64,000 nt of DNA from Macrostomum lignano (lineage: Eukaryota), in NCBI GenBank assembly GCA_002269645.1, contig NIVC01000222.1, forward strand, positions 248,001 to 312,000. Direction: 5' to 3'. The stretch's first letter is position 1; each line of letters opens with the position of its first letter. A program made the translations under genes and the position numbers. The notes beneath the pieces are model-generated. The model had not been told where the DNA came from, made no database searches, and saw only the letters and a list, made by a program, of their open reading frames with translations. This document shows, one piece after another, positions 30,878 through 43,460 of this stretch.

Positions 30878-33508
30878 CAGGGGTCGGCTAACTCTTCTAT
30901 GCCAATGGCCAGATAGAGAACCTGCGGGCCAGAGGAGGGGAGAGAAGAGAGGGTCAGAGGGAATAGAGAAGAGATAAGAGAAATAGGATAAAGGAGAGAC
31001 GAAAGAATAATGGAGAGGAGAGGAGAGGAGAGGAGAGGAGAGGAGAGGAGAGGAGAGGAGAGGAGAGGAGAGGAGAGGAGGGGAGAGGAGGGGAGAGGAG
31101 ACGAGAGGAGAGGAGGGGAGAGGAGGGGAGAGGAGACGAGAGGAGAGGAGGGGAGAGGAGAGGAGAGGAGAGGAGAGGAGAGGAGAGGAGAGGAGAGGAG
31201 AGGAGAGGAGAGGAGGGGAGAGGAGGGGAGAGGAGAGGAGAGGAGGGGAGAGGAGGGGAGAGGAGAGGAGAGGAGGGGAGGGGAGAGGAGGGAGAGGAGA
31301 GGAGAGGAGAGGAGAGGAGGGGAGAGGAGAGGAGAGGAGAGGAGAGGAGAGGAGAGGAGAGGAGAGGAGAGGAGAGGAGGGAGAGGAGAGGAGGGGAGAG
31401 GAGGGAGAGGAGAGGAGAGGAGAGGAGAGGAGAGGAGAGGAGAGGAGAGGAGAGACGAAAGAATAATGGAGAGGAGAGGAGAGGAGAGGAGAGGAGGGGA
31501 GAGGAGGGGAGAGGAGGGGAGAGGAGGTGAGAGGAGGGGAGAGGAGGGGAGAGGAGAGGAGAGGAGAGAGAGGAGAGGAGAGGAGAGGAGAGGAGAGGAG
31601 AGGAGAGGAGAGGAGAGGAGAGGAGGGAGAGGAGAGGAGGGGAGAGGAGAGGAGGGAGAGGAGGGGAGAGGAGAGGAGAGGAGAGGAGAGGAGAGGAGAG
31701 GAGAGGAGAGGAGAGGAGAGACGAAAGAATAATGGAGAGGAGAGGAGAGGAGAGGAGAGGAGGGGAGAGGAGGGGAGAGGAGGGGAGAGGAGGGGAGAGG
31801 AGGGGAGAGGAGAGGAGAGGAGAGGAGAGGAGAGGAGAGGAGAGGAGAGGAGAGGAGAGGAGAGGAGAGGAGAGGAGAGGAGAGGAGAGGAGGGGAGAGG
31901 AGGGGAGAGGAGAGGAGAGGAGAGGAGAGGAGAGGAGAGGAGGGGAGAGGAGAGGAGAGGAGAGGAGAGGAGGGAGGGGAGAGGAGGGGAGAGGAGAGGA
32001 GAGGAGAGGAGGGGAGAGGAGGGGAGAGGAGACGAGAGGAGAGGAGGGGAGAGGAGAGGAGAGGAGAGGAGAGGAGAGGAGAGGAGGGAGAGGAGAGGAG
32101 AGGAGGGGAGAGGAGGGGAGAGGAGAGGAGAGGAGGGGAGAGGAGGGGAGAGGAGAGGAGAGGAGGGAGGGGAGAGGAGGGGAGAGGAGAGGAGAGGAGA
32201 GGAGAGGAGGGGAGAGGAGAGGAGAGGAGAGGAGAGGAGAGGAGAGGAGAGGAGAGGAGAGGAGGGGAGAGGAGAGGAGGGGAGAGGAGAGGAGGGGAGA
32301 GGAGAGGAGAGGAGGGAGGGGAGAGGAGGGGAGAGGAGAGGAGAGGAGAGGAGAGGAGGGGAGAGGAGAGGAGAGGAGAGGAGAGGAGAGGAGAGGAGAG
32401 GAGAGGAGAGGAGGGGAGAGGAGAGGAGGGAGAGGAGGGGAGAGGAGAGGAGAGGAGAGGAGAGGAGAGGAGGGGAGAGGAGAGGAGAGGAGAGGAGAGG
32501 AGGGGAGGGGAGAGGAGGGGAGAGGAGAGGAGAGGAGAGGAGAGGAGAGGAGGGGAGAGGAGAGGAGGGGAGAGGAGGGGAGAGGAGAGGAGAGGAGGGG
32601 AGAGAGAGAGGAGAGGAGAGGAGAGGAGGGGAGGGAGAGGAGGGGAGAGGAGAGGAGAGGAGAGGAGGGGAGAGGAGGGGAGAGGAGACGAGAGGAGAGG
32701 AGGGAGAGGAGAGGAGAGGAGAGGAGAGGAGAGGAGAGGAGAGGAGAGGAGAGGAGAGGAGAGGAGGGGAGAGGAGGAGAGGAGAGGAGAGGAGGGGAGA
32801 GGAGGGAGAGGAGAGGAGAGGAGGGGAGGGGGAGAGGAGGGGAGAGGAGAGGAGAGGAGAGGAGAGGAGAGGGAGAGGAGAGGAGAGGAGAGGAGAGGAG
32901 AGGAGAGGAGAGGAGAGGAGAGGAGGGGAGAGGAGAGGAGGGGAGAGGAGGGGAGGGAGAGGAGAGGAGAGGAGAGGAGAGGAGAGGAGAGGAGAGAGAG
33001 GAGAGGAGAGGAGAGGAGAGGAGAGGAGAGGAGAGGAGAGGAGAGGGAGGAGGAGAGGAGAGGAGAGGAGAGGAGAGGAGGGGAGAGGAGGGGAGAGGAG
33101 GGGAGAGGAGGGGAGAGGAGGGGAGAGGAGAGGAGAGGAGAGGAGAGGAGAGGAGAGGAGAGGAGAGGAGAGGAGAGGAGAGGAGAGGAGGGGAGGGGAG
33201 AGGAGGGGAGAGGAGGGAGAGGAGGGGAGAGGAGAGGAGAGGAGAGGAGAGGAGAGGAGAGGAGAGGAGAGGAGAGGAGAGGAGAGGAGAGGAGAGGAGA
33301 GGAGAGGAGAGGAGAGGAGAGGAGAGGAGAGGAGAGGAGAGGAGAGGAGAGGAGAGGAGAGGAGAAGAGAAGAAATAATTAAAGAGAGAGAGAGAAGAGA
33401 GGCCGTGTTAAGTTAAAAAAATTATAATTATCAATGGCTACCGGTTTCAAGCCCCTGGGCTCTTCGTCTGGCTCAAGTGGCCCTTGGGCCGGAGTCTGCC
33501 AACCCCTG
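30878..33508. mobile_element. hAT (Charlie-like) MITE inflated by an internal (AGAGG)n tract
   Basis: Ends CAGGGGTCGGCTAACT and AGTCTGCCAACCCCTG are imperfect inverted repeats, with a sub-terminal GCGGGCCAGA. No matching TSD was found. Confidence 0.55.
31008..33365. repeat. (AGAGG)n/(GGGGA) pentanucleotide purine tract
   Basis: About 2.3 kb, almost entirely purine on the + strand. An ACGAAAGAATAATGG interruption recurs at ~30998, ~31455 and ~31720. Confidence 0.95.
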
Positions 33509-34631
33509 CCATAGACTAAAACAAAATCGGAGAGTCAAACTGCTGTACGAACGTACTGTAGCTATGGACTTAAATTTTGCTTGGGAATTCTATTGATACG
33601 TCATCAAACGGAGTAATTCAAGGTCAGATGTAACCAATGCCGGTCAAGACAAGATTACAAGTGTACTCGAAATTTTTGTTTCTATATTGACATGCACCTC
33701 AGATACTATTTTGACATTTAAAATTGACGGAGTTTACAGAGAACTACTTTTTTCAAATTGCAAAATACTTGTATATAGTCTTGTATATATTTTCTCAGTT
33801 CGTTTCCCTTTCTTTCCAGCCAGGCCGGATTGGGAAAGTGAATAATGCTTAATACTTTACTCAATATTTGCTTGGTCTTATATCTGTGTACACACCTTAG
33901 TGTTTATATGCAAACAATACATGGGGAAATGCCTATATGCTATTTAGCAAAGATGGCCCCCACCGTGGGGAGCAGATTATGGGGACCTTCCCCCAGCTGC
34001 CCCTGCATAATTGATAAATTAAGTGCAGCCCTGAGAACTGAGAGAGGAACGAGGGAGAGAGGGAGGGAGGGGAGAAGGGGAAGAGAGTGAGGAGATGGAG
34101 TGAGCAGTTTAATACGCGGAAATACTTTATTTTTCACCCAAATTTGCGACTGTCATATTGGCAACTTACTCATAGATTCCATTTCTTTAGCTTCGAGACG
34201 CTAAGCTATAAGTGAGTTCGCTCGGCCTCATCTCTATGTATTATTATAATTTTAGCTAAGAGCTGAGACCTGAGTCCGATAGAATTGTTCTACGAACCAA
34301 TGATTTACAGCCTCTGTCAGTCTACTGATTGACAGTTACCATAGTGGCCAACTGCTTACTGGCAGCGTGTTTGACCGAACTCGATCGCACTGAAGTGTCC
34401 TCCACTTGAAGTTATTGCCATTCCAATCTATATTCTGCATTGCTCTTATTCTCCATTTTTATCTTCCCATAATATTTTGTCTCCCTATTTATCTGAGTAC
34501 TGTGCTTGCACTGAGCATTAGAAAATCAATATATCAGAACTGAGACGGATATCACATAAAATGACCCAGCTGGTAAAGTAAATAGCTCAGTACAAAGTTG
34601 ATACCAGAAAATTATTTTAACTTGCTGTAGC

Positions 34632-35325
34632 TTTCAAAGATGGTCTAACTGTGACACCGAAGCTCAAAGATGGTCTAACTGTGACACCGAAGCTCAAAGA
34701 TGGTCTAACTGTGACACCGAAGCTCAAAGATGGTCTACTGTGACACCGAAGCTCAAAGATGGTCTAACTGTGACACCGAAGCTCAAAGATGGTCTACTGT
34801 GACACCGAAGCTCAAAGATGGTCTAACTGTGACACCGAAGCTCAAAGATGGTCTAACTGTGACACCAAAGCTCAAAGATGGTCTAACTGTGACACCAAAG
34901 CTCAAAGATGGTCTACTGTGACACCGAAGCTCAAAGATGGTCTACTGTGACACCGAAGCTCAAAGAGGGTCTACTGTGACACCGAAGCTCAAAGAGGGTC
35001 TACTGTGACACCGAAGCTCAAAGTGGATTGCTGTGACACCGAAGCTCAAAGTGGTCTGCTGTGACACCGAAGCTCAAAGAGGATTGTTGTGACACCGAAG
35101 CTCAAAGTGGATTGTTGTGACACAGAAGCTCAAAGCGGATTGCTGTGACACCGAATCTCAAAGCGGATTGTTGTGACACCGAAGCTCAAAGTAGATTGCT
35201 GTGACACCGAAGCTCAAAGTAGATTGTTGTGACACAGAAGCTCAAAGTGGATTGTTGTGACACCGAAGCTCAAAGTGGATTGCTGTGACACCGAAGCTCA
35301 AAGTGGATTGCTGTGACACCAAGAT
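34632..35325. repeat. Minisatellite, 28-30 bp unit (CTGTGACACCGAAGCTCAAAG...)
   Basis: About 24 copies; same family and same left flank as the array at 42510-43460. Confidence 0.92.
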
Positions 35326-35840
35326 TGTATGCCTCACGAGTAATTGGAGTTTGAGGTGCTAGTATTTCCGCCAGTAAAACTACATGTTTGAAGCCTGCAT
35401 GCTTGGAACATTGGCGCTTACCAAAATGTCAAAATGAAATCAGCTGGCTTGCACTTTTGTCAGCGGCCTTCCCAACAACAGCTCTGGGATAAAAAATATC
35501 GGGTTTTTGAGCCACGAAGGAGGGCCAACTCAAGCGCTACACCTGTGTATCTCAAGCAAGCGGCTGTCACGCAACTGAGGAAAATACTAATCTTCTTTTC
35601 GTCCAGGTGATAAATGACAATAAGAGAGCCTCTCTTCTTGGAGCAGATAAAACAACATCAGCCAAGTTTCTGCTGGGCAGATTTTGGGTGTTGTTTTTCA
35701 TCATAAATTACTCAAATGACTATACTGTGAGACTTCACCTAGACCTCGTCACTTTCTCGCTAACGAGCTAGTAAACAAGACATGAATTTACGGTACGGCA
35801 GGCCTCGCGAAAGGATGTGCACAGCAGTAATAAATCATCA

Positions 35841-36430
35841 CTGACTGACTGACTGACTGACTGACTGACTGACTGACTGACTGACTGACTGACTGACTGA
35901 CTGACTGACTGACTGACTGACTGACTGACTGACTGACTGACTGACTGACTGACTGACTGACTGACTGACTGACTGACTGACTGACTGACTGACTGACTGA
36001 CTGACTGACTGACTGACAGACTAACTGACTGACTGACTGACTGACTGACTGACTGACTGACTGACTGACTGACTGACTGACTGACTGACTGACTGACTGA
36101 CTGACTGACTGACTGACTGACTGACTGACTGACTGACTGACTGACTGACTGACTGACTGACTGACTGACTGACTGACTGACTGACTGACTGACTGACTGA
36201 CTGACTGACTGACTGACTGACTGACTGACTGACTGACTGACTGACTGACTGACTGACTGACTGACTGACTGACTGACTGACTGACTGACTGACTGACTGA
36301 CTGACTGACTGACTGACTGACTGACTGACTCACTGACTGACTCACTGACTGACTCACTGACTGACTGACTGACTGACTGACTGACTGACTCACTGACTGA
36401 CTCACTGACTGACTCACTGACTGACTTACT
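35841..36430. repeat. (CTGA)n microsatellite
   Basis: Near-perfect array with CTCA variants at the right end. Confidence 0.95.
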
Positions 36431-37177
36431 GACTTCCTTAATTTTTTCCTTAACTCTTAATTCGTGGTCTATGGCTAAATGCACTGGCGATTAATGAATT
36501 ATCAATAAAAACTATCAAGTTGATAATCTAATCACACACTACACCAGAAAGAATATAAGTCGATGTTTTTATTTTCAAGTAAAATGTTACGACGGCTACT
36601 TGCAAATCTACTATTCCTAATCATATCGGGGCATCTTATTATTGGTAAGTATACTGTACAGGTATTTACATGTAATCTCAAAAATGTGTTTTTTTATTAT
36701 CAGCTAACTCAAGGCTGCTGTAGTTTGTCGTTGTTGAAGGCCAAGGAGAAAAACAATTGTTTTTTCAACGACCATCAACCCGCACAGCAACACTGGCTGC
36801 ATCCGACACGGAATCTGACCTGTCACAAATGGCCAAGAAATTGGATCCGTTCGCTCTGCTGATGTATCTGCACGCGTCGCAGTCGAGAACAATCCAGGCC
36901 AATAAGCCGCCTTGAGCAGTGCCTGTCTGCGTCTACTTCCCTCGCTCTGCGTGTCAAATTGGCTTCATCAGATGCTGAGAGCTCCTGTCAGTTAATTCTC
37001 GTAACCCCTTGACTTTCGCAGCAATATGACGATGAGACTTATGCTATACGCCTTAATTTCTAAGTAAGGAGTATGATTTATAATTGACTTGTACGTATTA
37101 AATATAGTCAGATATCTGAGCACATACATGTACATGTCTAGCATGTCTAGCAAACGGTTAGTTGTTGTTCAACTCCT

Positions 37178-38024
37178 TCACAATCTCGTCGATCTCCTTG
37201 CTCTCGTAAGCAAGTGCTTGAAGGTTGTCGGCTTTGTGGATCCGCGCTTGACTGATTCGTTGGACTGTCGTGACTGCTGCATGAAATGAAGCGGAGCCTG
37301 CAGAGCAACTTTAGTACCGTGAGCAGCCGGCAGGCTCACTCTGAGCTTCTCAATCTCCCTGAGCAATGCGGCGTTGCGCTGATTGGCTGCGCTCAGCTGC
37401 TCCAGAGCGGTCATCTTCTCGAGCTCCTCGATGTCCATTGCTTTCACCAGCTGGCTCAGTGACTCGTCCGTCAGAGGCACCGAGATTGAGCCGGTTGCCT
37501 GCGCCTGAGAACAGTTTTAATTTCAGCTCCAGTGGTCAAGGATCTGTTTGTTTGCTAGTTAGTGCTAGTTTGGGGGGATGGAGGGCAGTTCAGTGATAAA
37601 CGAGCAGAGAACTGTTCCTGACGTGTCAAATTGGTAGAGTTCTGCGAATATTTACATTCGTTTCATAAAGATCGTTTGTAAATCAGTGCCAATTCCGTCT
37701 AATACTCGTACTGTAGTGCATGTACTTAGCAGAAGTGTTTACCAACGCGACTTGTATTTGAGTATAGCAGTGACTGCGTTAAATAACGGTCATTCTCACC
37801 TGTTCCAATTCGATAGAGGAAAAGTAAGCTCGCTCAACTGTGCTGAGCTGGGCTGGCCTCCGACAGATGGGGCAGGTGGGGCTTCTCCGCAGCCAGTTGT
37901 AGACGCAGTTGTGAAAGACGTGCTTGCAACCGGTCAGAATCACACAGTCGGTGGTACTATCGAATTTTTCACCACAGATTGTGCAGCACAGCTCGTTTCT
38001 GCTTTGTAGTCTGGACTGTTGCAT
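37178..38024 (-). CDS. TRAIP-like RING/coiled-coil protein, copy A (two exons, ~183 aa)
   Basis: Exon 38024-37800 (CTIC...GCKHVFHNC...WL...TCPIC, donor GTGAGA) and exon 37504-37178 (acceptor TTCTCAG), joined in phase 0. The coiled-coil segment aligns with copies B-D. Confidence 0.7.
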
Positions 38025-38454
38025 GTCTTTGGAATGAAGTCTAGTTTTGACTCTACATCTAAGCGAATAGCGTTAAGTTCGAGCTGGATTCTTTAGAACT
38101 CAATTTAGCTAGAAGTACCTTATACGAGCGTAGTTGGCCTCAAACAGCTGCTATCTGTGACAGTTTCTGTCTCAGGCTAGGGTCAATGTACAGCATTCTT
38201 TCATTTAGCTCTTAGTCTATTGTGCTACTTGTACAATAAGGCTTATTTAGGCTTTTTCAAAGCAACGAAAGAACAACATTTTTCATGCAAAAAGTCTGAC
38301 TGCGTTAAACTACTAGTAAGATGTATTTTAATTCTTTTAACATCCGTATGAAAATAAAGTTTCTGGGCTGTTTTCTGTCGTGAGAGTAGCTATAATTTTC
38401 AATCATATTCTTGTAAACTGTGCTATGTTTTAACTACTAACTCGGGAGGAATTG

Positions 38455-38672
38455 GGGAGGGGTTGTAGCCTTAGCGGTCAGAGCGTCGGACTCACGACTT
38501 GAAGGTCGGGGGTTCGATTCCCGATCGCACTGAACCAATTTGTGTCCTTACCTAAGCAGGACACTTACCTCTGCATTGCTTCAGTTCACCCAGCTGTAAA
38601 ATGGGTGCCAGCATTAGCTGGGGTAGTTGAGGTTGTGTGTGGCGTCCCAGTCCTCAGACCGAACAGCCATCA
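38455..38672 (+). mobile_element. tRNA-derived CORE-type SINE
   Basis: A box TAGCCTTAGCGG, B box GGTTCGATTCC, CORE-like TGTGTCCTT...GGACACTTACCTCTGCATTGCTTCAGTTCACCCAGCTGTAAAATGGG. Confidence 0.82.
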
Positions 38673-39324
38673 GCCCTAAAAGCCAGCCATCTAGGCTAAT
38701 CAGCATCCCCTTTGAGCTTTAGCATGGAACCCCCCCCCCTTAAACACATGGCTTAACTCTAACTCTCTCTTCGATGCTTGACCCACCAGCAACTCCCAAT
38801 GAACCCTCTGACATCTGCGCGACCCCCATAAGCCTTGATTACTCAACAATTCTCCACGCGAACCTTGAAAACTTTGTTAACCTTGCTAAAATTCCATGTT
38901 TGATTCCGGGAAAATATTTATTTATGTAGATAGACGCACCTTAAACGTTTTAAAACAAAGACTGAATGTAGTTAAATGAAAGTATCTATTACAAACATCA
39001 AAGCTCGAATTTTCTTGGATCAAAACAAGTATCAGGCAAGCTAGAATTATAGAAAATTCAGTGGATTTGCATGGAATTTTAATTCACAGATAATTATTTT
39101 CGGGTGTAAGAAGGTTGGATTGAAAGTATTATACAAAAGATAAAATCAATGTGACGTTAATCAACGCGTTCTTCTAACTGTGCTTTAAAAATTCTTAATT
39201 TACCTGGTTACACATATAGTCTTCAAGCAGATGAATGTAGACATAATTCCCTTATGAAAAATTTATATGAATTCATCTAGGAAAAAACGCGCAATTGATT
39301 TATTTGAAATTCGAAAGTTCAGAA

Positions 39325-39476
39325 GTTGAAGTAATTAAACTCATTTTTTTGCTTCCACCACGACCACCAGCTTCTGAGTTGCTTCATACACACAGTCGGT
39401 GGTGCTATCGAATTTTTCACACAGATTGTGGCAGCACAGCTCGTTTTCTGCTTTGTAGTCTGGACTGTTGCATGTC
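39325..39476 (-). pseudogene. Chimeric RING pseudogene (5' end of copy A fused to the 3' end of copy B)
   Basis: MQQSRLQS...DSTTDCV fused at ~39389 to YEATQKLVVVVEAKK*. Small indels break the frame. It lies at the junction of a ~1.45 kb tandem duplication. Confidence 0.72.
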
Positions 39477-39888
39477 TTTGGAATGAAGTCTAGTTTTGAC
39501 TTTGACTACATCTAAGCGAATAGCGTTAAGTTCGAGCTGGATTCTTTAGAACTCAATTTAGCTAGACCTTATAGTTGGCCTCAAACAGCTGCTATCTGTG
39601 ACAGTTTCTGTCTCAGGCTAGGGTCAATGTACAGCATTCTTTCATTTAGCTTAGTCTATTGTGCTACATGTACAATAAGGCTTATTTAGGCTTTTTCAAA
39701 GCAACGAAAGAACAACAGTGTTCACGCAAAAAGTCTGACTGCGTTTAACTACGTAAGATGTATTTTAACTCTTTTAACATCCGTATGAAAGTAAAGTTTC
39801 TGGGCTGTTTTCTGTCGTGAGAGTAGCTATAATTTTCAATCATATTCTTGTAAACTGTGCTATGTTTTAACTACCAACTCGGGGAATT

Positions 39889-40103
39889 GGGGAGGGGTTG
39901 TAGCCTTAGCGTTAGAGCGTCGGACTCATGACTTGAAGGTTGGGGTTCGATTCCCGATCGCACTGAACCAATTTGTGTCCTTAAGCAGGACACTTACCTC
40001 TGCATTGCTTCAGTTCACCCAGCTGTAAAATGGGTGCCAGCATTAGCTGGGGTAGTTGAGGTTGTGTGCGGCGGCCTCCCAGTCCTTAGACCGAACAGCC
40101 ATC
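39889..40103 (+). mobile_element. CORE-type SINE, duplicate of the 38455 copy
   Basis: Same sequence and same flanks, so copied by tandem duplication rather than a new insertion. Confidence 0.82.
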
Positions 40104-40763
40104 AGCCCTAAAACCAGCCATCTAGGCTAATCAGCATCCCCTTTGAGCTTTAGCATGGAACCCCCCCCCTTAAACACATGGCTTAACTCTAACTCTCCTT
40201 CGATGCTTGACCCACCAGCAACTCCCAATGAACATCTGACATCGACCCCCATAAGCCTTGATTACTCAACAATTCTCCACGCGAACCTTGAAAACTTTGT
40301 TAACCTTGCTAAAATTCCATGTTTGATTCCGGGAAAATATTTATTTATGTAGATAGACGCACCTCAAATGTTTTAAAACAATGACTGAATGTAGTTAAAT
40401 GAAAGTATCTATTACAAACATTATAGCTCGTATTTTCTTGGATCAAAACAAGTATCAGGCAAGCTAGAATTATAGAAAATTCAGTGGATTTGCATCGAAT
40501 TTTAATTCACAGATAATTATTTTCGGGTGTAAGAAGGTTGGATTGAAAGTATTATACAACAGATAAAATCAATGTGACGTTAATCAACGCGTTCTTCTAA
40601 CTGTGATTTAAAAATTCTTACTTTACCTGGTTACACATATAGTCTTCAAGCAGATGAATGTAGACATAATTCTTTTATGAAAAATTTATATGAGTTCATC
40701 TAGGAAAAAACGCGCAATTGATTTATTTGAAATTCGAAAGTTCAGAAGTTGAAGTAATTTAAC

Positions 40764-41549
40764 TCATTTTTTTGCTTCCACCACGACCACCAGCTTCTGA
40801 GTTGCTTCATACAGTTTTCTCTGCTTTTCCACCGCATTTCGAACGTCTTCCGTATTTTTTCTAGCATCAGCCAGTCTTTTAGCTGCCGTCGCTTTATCTT
40901 TCCTTACTTCTTCTAGCCGTTGATTTGCCGAGGCCAATGCTTGCGCATTCATCGAATTCTTAGATCCATTGTACTCCTCTAAAACCATGTCATGTATCGC
41001 AGACTTGCTTTCAGAGTCTCCCTTGGCGTCCATTTCTTCCTGCTCTGCTAGCACCAAATTTTCTAGCAACCCATTCAAACGAGATTTCTGCTCTTCAACC
41101 TGGCGGGTTTTTTCATCCAGTGCCTCTGATTTTTTGCTTTCGGACGTGCCAACGCACGAGTCGCTAGGCTTGACCTTGTCCAGCTCTTTCATCAAGGCTT
41201 TGTTGTTTGAGTTGGCCGCACTCAGCTCCTCAAGCGCAACAGCCTTCTCTTGCTCTTCAATGTCCAATGCCTTCATCAGCTGGCTCAAAAAGTTGTCGGT
41301 CAGTGGTAGCGACGTGGAACCTCTGTCTCTGGATTGCTGCAGTTCTACAGCGGAAAAGAAGACCTGCTTAACTGACTCGGGCGATGCAGCTTGTCGACAC
41401 AGCGGGCAGGTGCGATTATTTTGGAGCCAATTAGTGACACACTTGTGAAAGACGTGCGTGCAGTTTGGCAGGATCACACAGTCGCTGTTGCTGTCGAACT
41501 GGTCGCTACAGATAGTGCAGGTGAGGCCATTGTAGTTGCTGGTAGCCAT
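40764..41549 (-). CDS. TRAIP-like RING/coiled-coil protein, copy B (intronless, 261 aa)
   Basis: CTICSDQFD...NCTHVFHKC..NW...TCPLC followed by a long heptad-rich region; AATAAA on the - strand at ~40720. Confidence 0.8.
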   Translation of the reverse strand: MATSNYNGLTCTICSDQFDSNSDCVILPNCTHVFHKCVTNWLQNNRTCPLCRQAASPESVKQVFFSAVELQQSRDRGSTSLPLTDNFLSQLMKALDIEEQEKAVALEELSAANSNNKALMKELDKVKPSDSCVGTSESKKSEALDEKTRQVEEQKSRLNGLLENLVLAEQEEMDAKGDSESKSAIHDMVLEEYNGSKNSMNAQALASANQRLEEVRKDKATAAKRLADARKNTEDVRNAVEKQRKLYEATQKLVVVVEAKK

Positions 41550-42183
41550 ATTGATGTCAAATATTTAGCTGAAGGTTGTACGTGCGTAGCTATGCTTCTT
41601 GGCCAAGCAGACATGAAGTCGACATCGAATTTGCGATGCCAAGTTTTTAAGAGGCTGTTGCTCGACAGGTGAATTTTTCAGACAATAAACTGCTTATATT
41701 TGAGCGTCTTTTGCATTACGGATGAGTTCTGCATCCGCGTCTTGGAAACATATTATTGGACAAGAATATGAGTAATAGCCCAATTATGCACGAATAAGTG
41801 CAGAAAACGCTCAATAATTCTTATGCCTTCACCGAGAGATGAGTTTCTGTCCAGTAGACTCTATCACCTTTTGCTGTTTCGTCAGCAGGAGAGTAGCTTA
41901 AAAAAGAAAGTTTAAGACGAAATGAATAACGTGTTCCTCAGCTACTTGAAGTAGTACGAATGTTTCCAGTGATAGCTGAATTTCCTAATAATTAACAAAC
42001 TTATGTCTTTCTCTGACAAAACTGAGAATTTTTTACGCATAATACCGTGGTACAACACGAATAAAATGGTCAGTATGCTTTAAGCAATCTGTCTTGGGAG
42101 TGCAAAATCTATTATATTAAAATATACACTTAACAATACCTAAAATTACACTTGTTCGTATGTACTACGATTATTTTTACAAA

Positions 42184-42421
42184 TCATTGGAAATCGATAC
42201 CCTCTATTGAGTGGTCAATAAGGAGCTTGGCCTCGCCCACGATTGGCAGGGAGCCAAAAGCTGACTTCAGCCAGCTGCGCAGCTCGCAACCACGCAGTCC
42301 AGGCAACTGATCTGCTCCACCTGAGAGAAGCTGAGAGAGATCTTTGTCTGATCCTTCTGAAGGTTGCGCAACCGCCTGCGACACTGCGGACAAGTTTGGC
42401 TCTGCTTGAACCACTCCAGAA
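42184..42421 (-). pseudogene. Truncated, internally deleted pseudogene of the E-type RING gene (copy F)
   Basis: WFKQSQTCPQCRRRLRN.QKDQ matches copy E exon 1. It is joined out of frame to FGSLPIVGEA...DHSI.G, which matches the C-terminus of copy E. Confidence 0.75.
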
Positions 42422-42509
42422 GTAAGCCAAATCATATCGCCAAAATGACCCGGATGGTATACATAAATAGCTCAGTACAATTCTGATACCATAAATGTTT
42501 ATGACTTGA

Positions 42510-43460
42510 AGTTCAAATTGGATTGCTGTGACACCGAAGCTCAAAGTGGATTGCTGTGAGATGACACACAGAAGCTCAAAAAGGATTGTTGTGACAGAGA
42601 AGCTCAAAGGGGATTGCTGTGACACCGAAGCTCAAAAGGGGATTGATGTGACACCGACGCTCAAAGTGGATTGCTGTGATATGACACACAGGAGCTCAAA
42701 TTGGATTGCTGTGACACAGAAGCTCAAAGTGGATTGTTGTGACACAGAAGCTCAAAGCGGATTGCTGTGATATGACACACAGGAGCTCAAATTGGATTGC
42801 TGTGACACCGAAGCTCAAAGTGGATTGCTATGACACCGAAGCTCAAAGGGGATTGATGTGACACCGAAGCTCAAAGTGGATTGCTGTGACACCGAAGCTC
42901 AATGTGGATTGTTGTGACACCGAAGCTCAAAGTAGATTGTTGTGACACCGAAGCTCAATGTGGATTGTTGTGACACCGAAGCTCAAAGTAGATTGCTGTG
43001 ACACCGAAGCTCAAAGTGGATTGTTGTGACATCGAAGCTCAAAGTTGATTGCTGTGACACCGAAGCTCAATGTGGATTGCTGTGACACCGAAGCTCAATG
43101 TGGATTGTTGTGACACCGAAGCTCAAAGTCGATTGCTGTGACACCGAAGCTCAAAGTGGATTGCTGTGATACCGAAGCTCAAAGTCGATTGCTGTGACAC
43201 CGAAGCTCAATGTGGATTGCTGTGACATCGAAGCTCAAAGTTGATTGCTGTGACACCGAAGCTCAATGTGGATTGCTGTGACACCGAAGCTCAATGTCGA
43301 TTGCTGTGACACCAAAGCTCAAAGGGGATTTCTGTGACACCAAAGCTCAAAGGGGATTTCTGTGACACCAAAGCTCAAAGGGGATTTCTGTGACACCAAA
43401 GCTCAAAGGGGATTTCTGTGACATGACACACCGAAGCTAAAAGGGGATTTCTTTTGACAC
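42510..43460. repeat. Minisatellite, 28 bp unit (CTGTGACACCGAAGCTCAAAGTGGATTG)
   Basis: About 33 copies; paralogous to the array at 34632-35325. Confidence 0.92.

Noticed and set aside
31010-33416. ERRGE-repeat ORFs, also at 49250-50041
   Set aside because: A purine-only pentamer repeat cannot encode stops, so these ORFs are uninformative.
36700-36985. Possible extra exon of RING copy A (acceptor CTGACAG near 36980)
   Set aside because: No compatible donor before the stop at 37178 and no homology to the other copies.
38455-38540. tRNA gene
   Set aside because: It has A and B boxes but no paired acceptor stem and runs into a SINE CORE body found in five copies.
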